From contig NW_005434625.1 of assembly GCF_000315625.1 (NCBI RefSeq), positions 482,098 through 546,097 of the forward strand: 64,000 nt of DNA, given 5' to 3'. Positions 10,386 through 22,300 of the stretch are shown here, in pieces; position 1 is the first letter of the stretch, and each line of letters begins with the position of its first letter. This DNA is from Guillardia theta CCMP2712. Taxonomy: Eukaryota > Protista > Cryptophyta. Position numbers and translations under genes: made by a program. The notes under the pieces were generated by a model that made no database searches, was not told where the DNA came from, and was given only the letters and a program-made list of their open reading frames with translations.

Positions 10386-13058
10386 ATGGAAGAAAACATG
10401 GAGGAAGTGAAAGAGGTAAAGGAGAATGGAATTCGGTCCAACGCAGTGCTTGTTGAACAAGGTAAGCATCATTGCCGTGCGTGTTGTGGTGACTCCTTGG
10501 AAGGGAATCGGCCGAATTCCACAGCAGCACAGTATGAAGCCGAGCTACAAGAAATCAAAGCAAGAACGATGTACAATCTTATTGAGGAGGTGACAGTGGG
10601 TGCGGTGAAGAAGAGGTTGTTGCTATTGACGAACAGACAAGCTTCACTCTTCAACAAGAAGTCAGTGCAGAAACTGCTGGATGCCTTTGAGATCCCGCAC
10701 AAGCCAAAGCTGGTGATCAAACTTGTGCATTCGGAGCTCGGCATCAATCAGTTGAAGAGATATCGCACGGAGCATGAGGTAGTGATGAAAGGGAATCACG
10801 ATATCCGTGACGACTTCATGTATGATAATTATTTGTGGAGTCCACCCGGTCCTACTTACACGGAAGACGAGATTGAGCAGGGAGAGAACCGGCTGTGCCA
10901 GTTCTTCAGGGATGTGCTCGTTCCCCTGTGTGCTCAGACAAACGCGATCGTGTTAGCAGGATGTTCGGACTGGGACGTGATGTCTGCGGCGTTCTCGCGT
11001 GCGGTGAACCTGCAGAAGGCTTCGTGGGGGAGCGAGAAACCGTTCACTACGATAGGGTTCGGCTATCATTTCTGCTTCCACCTCAGCACCGAGACAGAAG
11101 GGACGATGGCCAATGACCTCTCCAATGCGTCGAATTTCTGGGCGAAGAAGCAGGACGTCATCGAGCGGTTCCTCCAATCGCGATGGGGAGACAAGAGCAA
11201 CTGGCTCAAGCAGGACATCGTGTCAGATTTCGACGACTACATCCTGTTTGATGCCATCAAGATCGATAACAAGGGGAATATCGAGGATGTTGAAGACACC
11301 ACTCCGTCGTCTACTCTGGAGAACATGATACTTGGTCACTTCACAGAGTCTTTGCCATGCATCTGCTTCCGAACAACAAGGAGCAACGCGGTTGTCACAA
11401 ACCAGGTTTGCACTGACATCCTTAACTCTGGGACGCCGATGGTGTTTCTTGATCTCAGAGAACGACCGTTGGTGGCGGAGGCAACCAGAGGTGAGAGGCT
11501 GCACAGGGCAATGGAGCACATCGTGCAGTATCGAACAGGTCTGATGGAGATGAATCAGAATGACCCTTACGACAACTGCAACCTTGCTTGGCTGCAGAGC
11601 ATAGTCTCTGGCTATGATGGGGCAGATGTCAAAGATGCGGTCTCGATTGATAGGACGTCGGAATGCATTCATGAGGCCATCACAAGGAGAGTGACGGAAG
11701 GGAAGAAGGGAAAGGTCGGGGATGGCGACCGTCTTCACGACATTCTGTCCATCGCTGACTTTCTTACCGACGAGCTGTGTCAAAACTTCTGGCAAAGAGA
11801 GCAGATCATGCAGAAGTTGGGCTACAAGCCTCACTTCGACGACTACGGTAAACTCAAGGTGTTCTACCGGGAGATGAGAACAACCTATCATTCCATCATC
11901 CGCGAGATGCTTGTCAACGGGAACTTCTACGGTCGCAATGTCTCAGACTTTTCGGGCCTTAGGCTGCTGATTCAAAAGCTGATCCGGATGGAGAGGATTC
12001 CTCTAGAGAACAGCATGGAAGGTCTCATGATCCTCAGACAGGCGTGGGACACCATCGACATCTGCACCTACATCTCCATCAAGTACAAGTGGGTTGCCAA
12101 GGTCGGGTACTTCCTCTTGCTCATCATCGCCGTTGCGTCGACAGCCGTGACGGTCATGAAGGAAAAAGTGGATCAGTGCATCGGGTACAGCGAGTGCCAG
12201 CACGAGGGGAGGACCAAGGTTGCCATCTTCCTGCTATCCTTGAGTGCTTCGGTGATCGGCTCCTTCATGGCCTACCTCAACCCGGTGACCCGCTGGCGCT
12301 CCCTCCGCAACATCGCGTCGAGGATCGAGAGCACGATCTGGATGTACAGGGCGAGGGTCGGGCCGTTTGCCATGACGCCTGGGGTAGTCGATGCTGCTGA
12401 GATGGCGCTGCGCGCCCGGCTCCTGTCCTTGAGGAACGAAATCTTAACTTCTGCTGACGTGACAGAGACGGCCTTCATGCGGGAGTACAGCCCTGGCATC
12501 TTCATGCACGGGCAGAGGGAAGCAACGAGGAGGAGGAAGAAGCGCCCGTCCAACGTGCTGATGCCGGAGGGGAACAGCCAAGACAACCACCAGAGCCCTG
12601 TTACCCCCCAGCTGTTCATCGACCTCAGAGTCCAGGAGATGATAGCGTTCTACCGCAAGAGGCTGCCTTCCTACAGGAACCAGTATAACATCTACCAGCT
12701 CCTCATCATCCTCAGCTCGGCGTGCGCAGCCATCCTCGCCTCCTTCGACATGCCGCAAGTGGCCGCCATCATAGTTTCCTTCTCTGCTTGCGTGGTGTCC
12801 TGGATGGAGTTTCATGGAACGAGGCAGAAGCTGGAGAGATACAACAAGTCCCTGATGAACCTAGTGAACATCGTCACGTGGTACGAGAGCATGACGGCGG
12901 TGGAGAAAGCGTCTCTGGAGAACATCACCACTTTGGTCATGCAGGTTGAAACAGCCATTATCGGGGAGAACAACTCGTGGTTGTCAGTGCCTTCCGCACA
13001 GAAGGACGAATCGAAGAGAGAGGAGGAGAAGGACCAGGAGGAAACCAGCTCTAAGTAG
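10386..13058 (+). CDS. SLOG (LSDAT/TRPM N-terminal-like) domain fused to two SLATT (DUF4231/SLATT_1-like) transmembrane domains
   Basis: Long, essentially intronless ORF. SLOG-like: PKLVIKL, FFRDVLVPLCAQTNAIVLAG, FTTIGFG, DYILFD, GTPMVFL. SLATT1: two TM helices then NPVTRWRSLRNIASRIESTIWMYRARVGPF. SLATT2: FIDLRVQEMIAFY, two TM helices, KLERYN, LVMQVETAIIGENNSW. Confidence 0.75.
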   Translation: MEENMEEVKEVKENGIRSNAVLVEQGKHHCRACCGDSLEGNRPNSTAAQYEAELQEIKARTMYNLIEEVTVGAVKKRLLLLTNRQASLFNKKSVQKLLDAFEIPHKPKLVIKLVHSELGINQLKRYRTEHEVVMKGNHDIRDDFMYDNYLWSPPGPTYTEDEIEQGENRLCQFFRDVLVPLCAQTNAIVLAGCSDWDVMSAAFSRAVNLQKASWGSEKPFTTIGFGYHFCFHLSTETEGTMANDLSNASNFWAKKQDVIERFLQSRWGDKSNWLKQDIVSDFDDYILFDAIKIDNKGNIEDVEDTTPSSTLENMILGHFTESLPCICFRTTRSNAVVTNQVCTDILNSGTPMVFLDLRERPLVAEATRGERLHRAMEHIVQYRTGLMEMNQNDPYDNCNLAWLQSIVSGYDGADVKDAVSIDRTSECIHEAITRRVTEGKKGKVGDGDRLHDILSIADFLTDELCQNFWQREQIMQKLGYKPHFDDYGKLKVFYREMRTTYHSIIREMLVNGNFYGRNVSDFSGLRLLIQKLIRMERIPLENSMEGLMILRQAWDTIDICTYISIKYKWVAKVGYFLLLIIAVASTAVTVMKEKVDQCIGYSECQHEGRTKVAIFLLSLSASVIGSFMAYLNPVTRWRSLRNIASRIESTIWMYRARVGPFAMTPGVVDAAEMALRARLLSLRNEILTSADVTETAFMREYSPGIFMHGQREATRRRKKRPSNVLMPEGNSQDNHQSPVTPQLFIDLRVQEMIAFYRKRLPSYRNQYNIYQLLIILSSACAAILASFDMPQVAAIIVSFSACVVSWMEFHGTRQKLERYNKSLMNLVNIVTWYESMTAVEKASLENITTLVMQVETAIIGENNSWLSVPSAQKDESKREEEKDQEETSSK

Positions 13059-13355
13059 AAAAGAGGCGTTGCCGCTGTCTCATGTGATAGTAAATGTTTT
13101 TCATCATTCCTTTAGCAATAAGTGTCGAAATGCACAAAGCCATGTCTGTGTTCTTTACTCAAAGTTAAGTTAAAGATCAGTGGGCCGGGCCCGGCGACTG
13201 TGAGAGGGCGGGCCCGTCCGATCACGCCACAGACCGTGTGCAGCCGCAGGGCGGCGGCCGCGCACTCACTGCGGCCGACCGACCGCTTGGGTTGTGGTGG
13301 GGATGTGGGACGGAGCTTGGCCCTCTCTCCAATGCTGGGGACACGAAGACCGGCG

Positions 13356-14618
13356 ATGGCGGGGCTGCTCCTGCTGTGCATGGCACCGGCATGCTGGAGC
13401 TTCCTGCTCCCTCCTCCCGCCTTGATGTCTGCAAAAGTTGGACGTCGTCTCGCAGAGTTTCGACAGCCATTGCTGGTGCGACCAGCGGTGGCAAGGAGTG
13501 AAGCCGGTGCGATGGTGAGCGAAGTACTGCAGCTGATCAATGGGACGGACCGTGGAGCAGACGCAGAGGCCCTTCCCCTGCCGAAGCGAAGATCTCTTTA
13601 TGAGAAACTGGATTTCCTCGAAAGGAACTCTAGAAATGAAGACTACGTCAAGACGGACCTTGCTTTGGGAAACTACGAAGTAGGATTCGTGGGGGAGAAA
13701 CGAGCTACAAATGAAGTGAATCAGACGGTGTCAAGTCAAGCAGGGGGGTACTGGAGGGGGAAACTGGGAAGATCTATCTTTGAGACGACTGGTTTGTATC
13801 AGAACCTCGTGAGAATGCCAAGGGATGAAATCCCTCGTTACGTTCAGAATGGGCTGAAGCAGTCGGTGACAAGGAAGCAAAATGAGCGCAATCCTAACAT
13901 AAACAGCGGCATAGGAATACGGGCCAGCTCCGATATGCAAGACACTGAGATCGTTGCTGTCAACCTCGTCTGTGCCAAATTTCTACAAATCCTTTCAATC
14001 TCAGTGGTGTTGGTGGGTATTGTGACAGAGCTGAACGAGGAGCAGCGTGTTGCGATTAGGAAGAGAGCGGTTGAGACAGGGCGAGCTCAGAGACTGGGGA
14101 GTGACTGGCAAGGAGAAGACGACCATCCTCAACCAACGCAGAACACAGTCCGCGTCGACTTCTCCTCTCCCCTCATCGCGTTTGGCCCTGCCCCACTGCA
14201 AAGGTTTCTCAAGCTGAGCGTCGGGCCTTCGACTGATGTCTTCCTCGACACGACATACGTTGACGACAAGATTCGTCTGGGGAGAGGAGCAACTAGCGGG
14301 AGTCGATTCGTCTTCCAGCGAGTAGGGGACGAATCAAGTCAAGCAACTCTATGGCGGTCCCTAGTGGCTGCCCCGGCTCCTGTCCCAGGCAAGAAGATCG
14401 GTCTTGCCATCTTCGTCGTCGTAGCTGCAAAGCTTCTGGCAACCATCGCGATGCTCTTCATGCAGGCAGCGCCTGCCACCGCGCTCATGAGTGTTCTTAC
14501 CTACCTCGCCATCCCCCTCAAGATCTCTGCATGGCTCAAGGTGGGGGTCTTGTGCCTGCTCGCCTTCCTTTTCAACCAATCAGGAGGAGTTGTGGAGGGA
14601 GAGGAAACGAGTAGCTAG
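13356..14618 (+). CDS. Plastid-targeted PAP/fibrillin-family protein with hydrophobic C-terminal extension
   Basis: Signal peptide MAGLLLLCMAPACWS followed by F (complex-plastid bipartite leader), LINGTDRG, and C-terminal fibrillin motif FLDTTYVDDKIRLGRGATSGSRFVFQR. Confidence 0.75.
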   Translation: MAGLLLLCMAPACWSFLLPPPALMSAKVGRRLAEFRQPLLVRPAVARSEAGAMVSEVLQLINGTDRGADAEALPLPKRRSLYEKLDFLERNSRNEDYVKTDLALGNYEVGFVGEKRATNEVNQTVSSQAGGYWRGKLGRSIFETTGLYQNLVRMPRDEIPRYVQNGLKQSVTRKQNERNPNINSGIGIRASSDMQDTEIVAVNLVCAKFLQILSISVVLVGIVTELNEEQRVAIRKRAVETGRAQRLGSDWQGEDDHPQPTQNTVRVDFSSPLIAFGPAPLQRFLKLSVGPSTDVFLDTTYVDDKIRLGRGATSGSRFVFQRVGDESSQATLWRSLVAAPAPVPGKKIGLAIFVVVAAKLLATIAMLFMQAAPATALMSVLTYLAIPLKISAWLKVGVLCLLAFLFNQSGGVVEGEETSS

Positions 14619-15254
14619 ACGCTACCAACCGTCCTTCTTCCTTCTCCCGCCTACCCTCTCCTCGCCCGACCCATGCTCCCCTCCGTCATTGCACTTGGGA
14701 CACAATTTTTCTGCTATATCTGGGTGGGATTTTATTGAAATTGATTTTGCCATGCTCTTCAAGTTTATTGATACCAATAAATATTTTGAAGCTTATATTC
14801 CGGATTCTTCCCCTTTTATTGTTGATTCGCCCAACGGAAATCACTTGCGGTTGAACAGGAGGGGTAGTGAAACAGGAGGGGGCGAGCGAGGAGGGAGAGG
14901 AGACGAGCAGCAAGTCAGGCCTAGCAAGAGCCTTGGAGTCAGAGCACAAGAACAGAGTCAAGGCATCCTGCTCGCAGTTAGGACTGCCGGACAGCCTAGA
15001 GGGTAGAGCAGAGTGACTTGTCTGGCTTCGAGCTGGCGGGGGGAAAGTCGGAGCAGGCACGGCGGCGAGCATGCATTCTAGGTGGAGACTGGGCACTGCG
15101 AGGAGCGGCGGGTGAGGATCTACCAGCAACCTTGGGTCGAAGAGCTCTGCCTTGCAGCATGAGTGTGGTGGTCCGATAGAAGCACGCAGGGGTGGAGTCC
15201 GAAGAGACGGGAACGGGAGGGTGCATCGGGTGTGTTGTAGGAGACGACTTTTGA

Positions 15255-18200
15255 TTGACGGGCAAGGGGCAAGATGCCGCCGAGAGCGAACACGAAGACG
15301 CCGCTCGACAAGCGACTGTCTGCCAACGCTGGCAAGGAGGAGATGTCGAACTGGAACATAGCCGAGCTGAAGCAGAATCTGCAGGTCTGACCTTTTACGA
15401 CGTTATGGCTGGTTGCGCTGACATGTCCTCTGATCTTGTCTTGGACTCACAGGAGGACAGTGCCATCCTCGAACAGACCCTCCGAGAGGCGAACAGGCTG
15501 CTGGGCGACTCAACAGGGTCGCCGCTGATCGACGTCGGGGGGATAGTGAACAAGTAACTCTCTTGTGATCTATTGGCTGGCTCGACTGATGGATGTCGCC
15601 ATCGCCAGGGATGTTGCGGCAAGGAAGCTGAGGAACGCTTCTGACTGGGGTGACGATCATGCTCACCATAGAGAAGATTTCAGCTCCGGTGAGCTCAACT
15701 GAGGAAGAGAGGTTCTCGCGTGCTGAGCAGGGACGAAAATCTGCAGGTACCTTCATGACTGAGCTGGACACCAGCTCGGTAGCAAGCGCCCCAACGGTCG
15801 TGGGCGGTGCCAAGGTGACGATGTCGGAGGAGCTCGCGCTGAGACTCTCGGTACTCCCTCCCCCTGCTGAGCTGGGAGGTGTGAGGAATGTTGGCAGGTG
15901 CTGGAGCAGGCGATAGGGAAGGAGGCAGTGAAGGTGCTGCAGAGCTGTGTGCAGTCGGACCTGGACCAGGTAGCGAAGACGGTGAAGCAGCAGAGCTCGA
16001 GCAAGGATGGGGGGCGGCAGACGTCGGAAGTGAGCGAGACGATCGCGGAACTGGAAGGCAGGATCGTGGAGGAAGAGGCCTTGAAGCTGTCAGCCCTAGA
16101 GCAAGTGAACGCGCTCAAGGAGAACCTGAGGATGCAGAACACGAGGGTGCTGGAGCTACAGGACAAGCTCGCGCTGCTCGACTCGACGAGCCAGGAGGGG
16201 GGGGAACTGCTCAAGAAGAAGGAGACGGAGATCAAGAGTCTTAAAGAGGAGCTGCTGGCCGTGCAGGTGAGAGGGAGGAGGAGGGGAAGGAGGAGGAGGA
16301 GAGGCTGTTTCTGTTTGCTGAGAAATGTTGCACAGCACAAGACAAGGATGGAAGAGAACGAGAGGTTGAAGCTGGTTGACAGGTGACTCGCTGCAGTGAG
16401 GGGGGGCGGGAGCTCAGACGTGCGCGTCCTGTGCAGGCTGAGGAAGAAGGACGTGGAGATGGCAAAGACGAAGGAGTCGATGGACAAGATGACGATGCAG
16501 CTGCAGAGGTTGGCGGAGGAGAGGGACAGCATGCATGCCCAGTTCGACGAGCTGCAGAGGCGCTACCAGGACGCGCAGCTCCGTTGCTCGAACCTTCAGC
16601 AGGACCTCGACAAGCATCAGAGCGCAGAGAGAGTGCTCAAGAGGAATTTACAGCTCCAGGTGCTTGCTCCCTTCCCTCCTCCCCTCTTCCTCCCTCTTCT
16701 CCCTCGCTCCCCTCTTCCCTTCTCCCTGCTCCCATCCAGTCCTGCTCCACTCTCCTTTCGTTACTTCACTCCGCTTCCCTTTCCTGTTCAGTTCCTTTAT
16801 CTACGTCAACCCCCCATTCTTAGCGTGTGCCCTTGCCCACTGTCCAAAATTGTCGCTCCTCCGATTGGCAGCTGACTTGCCCTCCCTTCCTCTCCTTGGC
16901 CTTCAGATGCCTGAGGAGGTGAAGAGAGTCGTCAAGAGGGTCGAGGAGCTGGACAAGCAGAACAGGGAGCTGCAGGAGAAGCTGAAGCAGAGCAAGGACC
17001 ACGAGAACCATGCGGACATGCTGCGGAAGAACAGGATCGAGATCACCGAGTTGAGAGTGTCCAACAAGACTCTGTCCGCCAAGGTTGATGAGCTGAAGAA
17101 GGAGAAGGAGCTGCTGGAGAAGAAGTCGGAGAGCGAGCGGAGGCTGCTGGAAAACAGGACCCGCAACTTGTTCGACCTCAATGTCAAGAGCACGCAGAAG
17201 CTGCAGGGAGAGCTGGACCTGAGGATAGCGGAGAGGCTGCATAACCGATCGGCCGACAATGAGGTGGAGGAGGGCAGAGGGAAGGGGGGACAGAGGGGGT
17301 GGTGGGATAGATGAGAGGAAGAGGGAAGCAGAGAGGATGGGGTTGGCATGGAGAGCGTGGTGGTTTCCGGGCGGGGGAGGAAAGAGCAGGAGGACGTAGG
17401 AAGAGCGGGAGGAGCTGAATGAACGAGCAGGTCGCGTCGTTGAGGAGGAGAAACCTGGAGTTGCTGGGGCAGATCAACGCCCTTGACGAGCAGAAGATGG
17501 CGGCTGAGAACAAGCTCAGGGATGCAGAGAGGAAGAGCAGGGTAAGAGAGGGATCGAGGAAGAGGAGAGGATGAGGACGGTGGGACTGAGGCCGGAGGGC
17601 GGGGAGGGGAGGAGGAAGGGAATCTTTCCCAGCTAAGAGACACTCCTTGATGTGCAGGAACTCAAGGACAAGCTCGAGCTGTACGCCACGATCCACCGGA
17701 TCGACTTGGGGAAGTTGCAGTTCTCCTCTGATCTCAACACTGAGGAGGAGCTTTCTGCGTTCCTCGGCGACTCCTCCGCGTCCTCCCAGGGCAGGAAGAA
17801 GAAGATCCGCACGCAGAGCAGGAGCGTCACGCCCGGCCTGTTTTCTCGCCCTCCTCCCTCCGCCGAAGACCAGAAGCGCTCTCAGAGCGCACAGCCGGGA
17901 GGAGGAAACTGGAGCGGAGCCGCGGCTGAGATGTCGACGACAACTGGGGAGCAAGTGTGTGCAAGAAATCACACCTTCCCTCCTCTACCACCACCTCCAC
18001 CTCCTCATCAACCTCCTCCTCCTCCTTTCTTTCTCCTCTTCCTCCTCTTCGTTCGGTGACTTGCAGGAGCAGGTGAGGGCTTCGGCGAGGATGGAGGCGG
18101 AGGAGGAGAGCTTGGAGGGGCTGAAGGCGAAGGTGGCACAGCTGCAGGCGAAGCTGACGGGAGAGGAGAAGACGAAGACGAACGCGCAGGAGAAGGTCAT

Positions 18201-19253
18201 TGCGCTAGCTGAGCAGCTGGTGGAGAAGGATCGGCAGATCACTGCTTTACAGGTCTCCTCCTCCTCCTCCTCCTCCTCCTCCTCCCTCCGCCTTCTCCTC
18301 CTCTTCCCCCCATCTCCTCCGCCTTCCCTGCCTCCTCCTCCTCCTATCTCCTCCGTTCCCTCCTTCTTCTCTGCCCTTCCCTCCCTCCCTCCCTCTCCTC
18401 CCCTTCGGTCTCCTCCTGCAGTTGACTGAGAAAGTGGCAGAGCTCGCTTGATGCTGAGAAGGAGACAAAGAAAAAGAAGAAGAAGAGCGAGAGGCTGAGA
18501 GACCTTGAGGGGCAGGTGAGGAGGGGGAGGGAGGCGGCGAAGAGAAGGGAGGAGCAAGGGGAGGAGGGAGAAGAGGAGGGGGAGGAGGGAGGAGGAAGTG
18601 AAGAACGGGGGAAGAGGAGGAGGAGGAAGTGGAGGAGGGGAGAAGAGGAGGGGGAGGAGAGAGGAGCGCTGAAGAGAGGATGTCAGGTTCTGTCCCTCAT
18701 TACTAAGGTGAGGGAGACGGAGATGGATAAGGACCAGGTGGAGATCAAACTCAACGAGAAGGAGGAAGAGACCAAGGTCAAGGCCCGTAAGATCGGCGAG
18801 CTGATCTTCAAAGTCAGCCAGCTGGAGGAGGAGAAAGCGAGGATCATTGAAGAGCTCGCGGAAGTCCGTATACAGGCAAGCCCCTTCGTCTTGCCTTCTC
18901 CCTCCTCTTTCTCCTCCCTCTTCCTTCTCCTCCCTCCTCCTTCTCCCTCATTCATCACAACTTGTACTCCCTTGTGCTGCTCCGCCCACTGCTACCTCCC
19001 TCCTCCCTCCTCTGTCCGTTCCCCTCCCTCCTGCTCTTTCCCTCATCCGCATCATCTGACCCGAGCGTAGGCTGCACGACAAACGAAACCTGAGGCGGAC
19101 CCCAAGAGCTCGACGATGCCGCCCCGGGTCATACGGGAGGAGAGCCTGGGGGCGGGGAGAATGAAGATAAGCTCTTCGTTGAACCGACCGCTCAAGGAGG
19201 AAACCTTCTCCGCCACCATGGACAGGGATAGGAGCGAAGATATCAAGACATGA
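15255..19253 (+). CDS. Long coiled-coil protein, multi-exon; 5' start uncertain
   Basis: Successive heptad-rich exons (IAELEGRIVEEEALKLSALEQVNALKENL, VEELDKQNRELQEKLKQ, LEGLKAKVAQLQAKL). Last exon AARQTKPEADP...EDIKT, stop at 19251-19253. Confidence 0.65.
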
Positions 19254-19370
19254 GCTACTGTACATTACCACAACAACCGACTCGCACTACCTCTGCCCTC
19301 CTCCTTGCCCCTCCTCCTCCCTTGCCCACTCCTGCCAGCCTCCTCCTGCTCCTCCTGCTCTTCCTTCATC

Positions 19371-22300
19371 TCATCCGTTCCTCGGCGTCGGCTCTCGAGT
19401 GTCCTCCCATGCGATGCTTCCTCCACTCACTCTCCTGCCCTCGTCCAAGGCCCCGAAGCTGACGCGAGGGACCAGGAGGTTCCTGCCGGCGAGCGGAGAG
19501 GAGCGATGAAGGGAAAGTGAGGGAGAAAGCTCGCGGGAGAAGAGGACCCGGACCCTGTTGGAGGTGTCGGAGGTGAGGACGAAGATCCGCCAGAGAGCGA
19601 AGCCGAGCTCGAGGAGGAGGCGGTGGAACATGCCCCCTGCAGGCACGAGTGAGGGAAGGGGGAGAAGAGGAGGGAGGGAGGAACGCGAGGGAGAGGAGGG
19701 AGGGAGGAAGAGGAGGGAGGGAGGAACGCGAGGGAGAGGAGGGAGGGAGGAAGAGAAGGGAGGGAGGAACGCGAGGAAGAGGAGGGAGGGAGGAACGCGA
19801 GGGGGGGAGGGAGGGAGGGAGGAAGAGGAGGGAGGGAGGAACGCGAGGGGAGGAGGGAGGGAGGGAGGGAGGAACGCGAGGGAGAGGAGGGAGGGAGGAA
19901 GAGGAGGGAGGAAGGTTGGCATGTTGGCGGGGGAGGGGGACAGGAAGAAGTAGAGAGGAGCAGAAGCATGCGAGTTACCCTGCCGAGAGAGGAAGGAGTC
20001 GATGCGGGAGCATGCGACTTCACGCATGAAGAAAGCTTTGGAGGAGGAGGAAGCTATCGGGAGGACGAGAGTGAAGAGTTCCTTGGAGAGGCTGCGGAGC
20101 TCGACCTCGAGTGCTTGAACCTCCTGCACCACTGCCTCCTCCAGCTTCCCCCCTACACCACCTTCTCCTCCTCTCTCCCCTCCACAGACACCACCTGCTC
20201 CACCATGTTCTCCCTGCTCTGCTCGTCCTGCCCTGGCCAAAGACGACCTCCCACCTTCTGACGCCTCCTTCGCTTCCTCGGCCACTTCCGTCAGCCTCGA
20301 GCCCTTCTTGTCGCTCAGCATCGCCGTTCTCCTGTGTGCTGCGATCTCTTCCTCGATCGCGAGCTCCCATGCTGGCGATTTTGACTGCCTCGAGGCCCCG
20401 GGGGGAGGAGAAACTTCGTTGGCGATCCTCACCAGACGAGAGAGCCGCTGATCCTCTCCTCCTCGCGGCGTCGAGATGACCTGCTCCACCTCTGTGTCCC
20501 TCAGCCTCCCATCTTGAGCACCAGGAGGAGAAGGAGGAGGAGAAGGCATCGTAGCAGGAGGAGGAGGAGGAGGAGCGGGAGCAGGCAGCTCTTCAGTCGT
20601 CCTCGTCCTGCTGGGCACGGCTGGCTCAGAAGATAGCATCTTCTGCAGCTTCGAGCAGTCGCTCTCGAGCTCCAGGAGCTCCTTGTCCAACAGGACCTCG
20701 CCACCCCTCGCCTCCTCCGCCTGCCCCCGGGCTGACTGCGGGACCATGTCGTAGGAGAGGTCAAGAGGAGCCTCGCGGAGCAGGGAGAACCCCCGGTCAG
20801 GAGGGGACCAGACAGAGGCCACAGAGCGCATGCTGGAGTCCTGCAGGAACGAGCGGAAAGCGGTCCTCATCGTCTTCTCCCTGTCCGCGAAGTTGCCGCG
20901 GCAGAAGGACAGGAGCATCTGCGCCTGCCGGTGAACGCGGAGGAAGGAGATGTCCGCCCAGCGGGTGAAGGAGCCAATGAGGAGAGACTTGAGGATAGCG
21001 CGCTCCTGTCTCTTGCCTCCTCCTCCTCCTCCTCCTTCCCTGCTAGCCTCTGCCTCCTCTCCTCCTGCTCGGGAGAGCTTCCCCTGCTGTGCCCTCATGG
21101 ACTTGATCCACTTGCCTGCCGTTGTGTTGCCGGACAGGATCGTGCTCTCTCCCTCCTCCTTCTCTCCCTCCCTGGCGCTCTTCTCCGGCAGCAGCTTGTG
21201 CTCAGCCCACCAAGTCTGCAGCCGGAGGAGAGCCTTGAGGTGGAAGAGGAGCTGGGAGGACCAGAGGAGGAAGCAGCGGGAGCAGAGGAGCCTTCGGTGA
21301 ACTGAGGATGCGAACAGCAGCGACGAGGCCTTCCACGACGCCTCCTCCACCTGCTTCCTCCATGCACACAGTACGAGGTGCTGCGTGCTGATGTCTCTGC
21401 TGCTGGCTAGGAAGACTCTCCTCCTCCTCAGCTTCTTCATCACCGTCTTGTACCTCGTCCACCTCGCCATCCTAACTCGGAGGGAGCGGCGGGTACGAAA
21501 CGAAGTATAAGATCTGAAGGTTCGTGAGAAGAGAAAACAAAAAGAGCATGGGGAGAGAAGGAGGGGGAAGGAAGCGAACTGAACTGATCGGGGGTCAAGA
21601 AAGCAGGAAGGCAGGAAAGAATGAGGGAAGGGGGAGGGGGAAGGAGGGAGGAGGGAGGAGGGAGGAGGGAGGATTGGTTGAAAGCATACAAAGAGGAAGA
21701 GCGAAGCGTCTACCTCGCCGACTTGCTCTTTGTCACCCAGGCGCTCCATGCAAGCACATGCTCTGCTGCCATGGCTCGCAGATTTCTCGCCAGCATCTTG
21801 GAAGCCGCACGGGAGATCATAGACAGTTCAAACCACCTGCGGACAGTCTCCTGCCCAGTCCTCCTCCTCCTCGTCTCCTGCATCCTCGTCGCCTCCTCTT
21901 CCCACTCAGCGAGCATGAAGGACTGACGGGACCAGCGAGCCCAGCTCTGCAGGACGAGGAGGAGGAGGACGCCGTTCCTTCGGAAGGAGCGGGAGGAGAG
22001 GAGCCACAACTCATCCATCTGCCTCTGCGCCGCATGCAGCTGAGTGACGAAACTCCAGGAGCTCACGACGGCGGCCTGACAGCCTCGGACGTCAAAACTT
22101 CAAGAAGGAGGTCAAGGAAACGAGAAAGCAACCTTGGCTCTCGCAATCTTCTCCTCCTCTTCTCTCGTGACTCTCCCCCTGCTCCTCGCCATCACGTTGG
22201 CGACTTTCCTCCATCGGCCGAACACGATCATGATCGCTTGCCCCGCCCGCACCTGCTCCGCCCTCCTCCCAACCTGCTCCACCACCATCATCCTCAGACA

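Noticed and set aside
19371-21749. 792-aa ORF as a single-exon protein with Pro/Leu/Ser repeats
   Set aside because: Both ends read through pyrimidine-rich introns; only the central part is likely exon.
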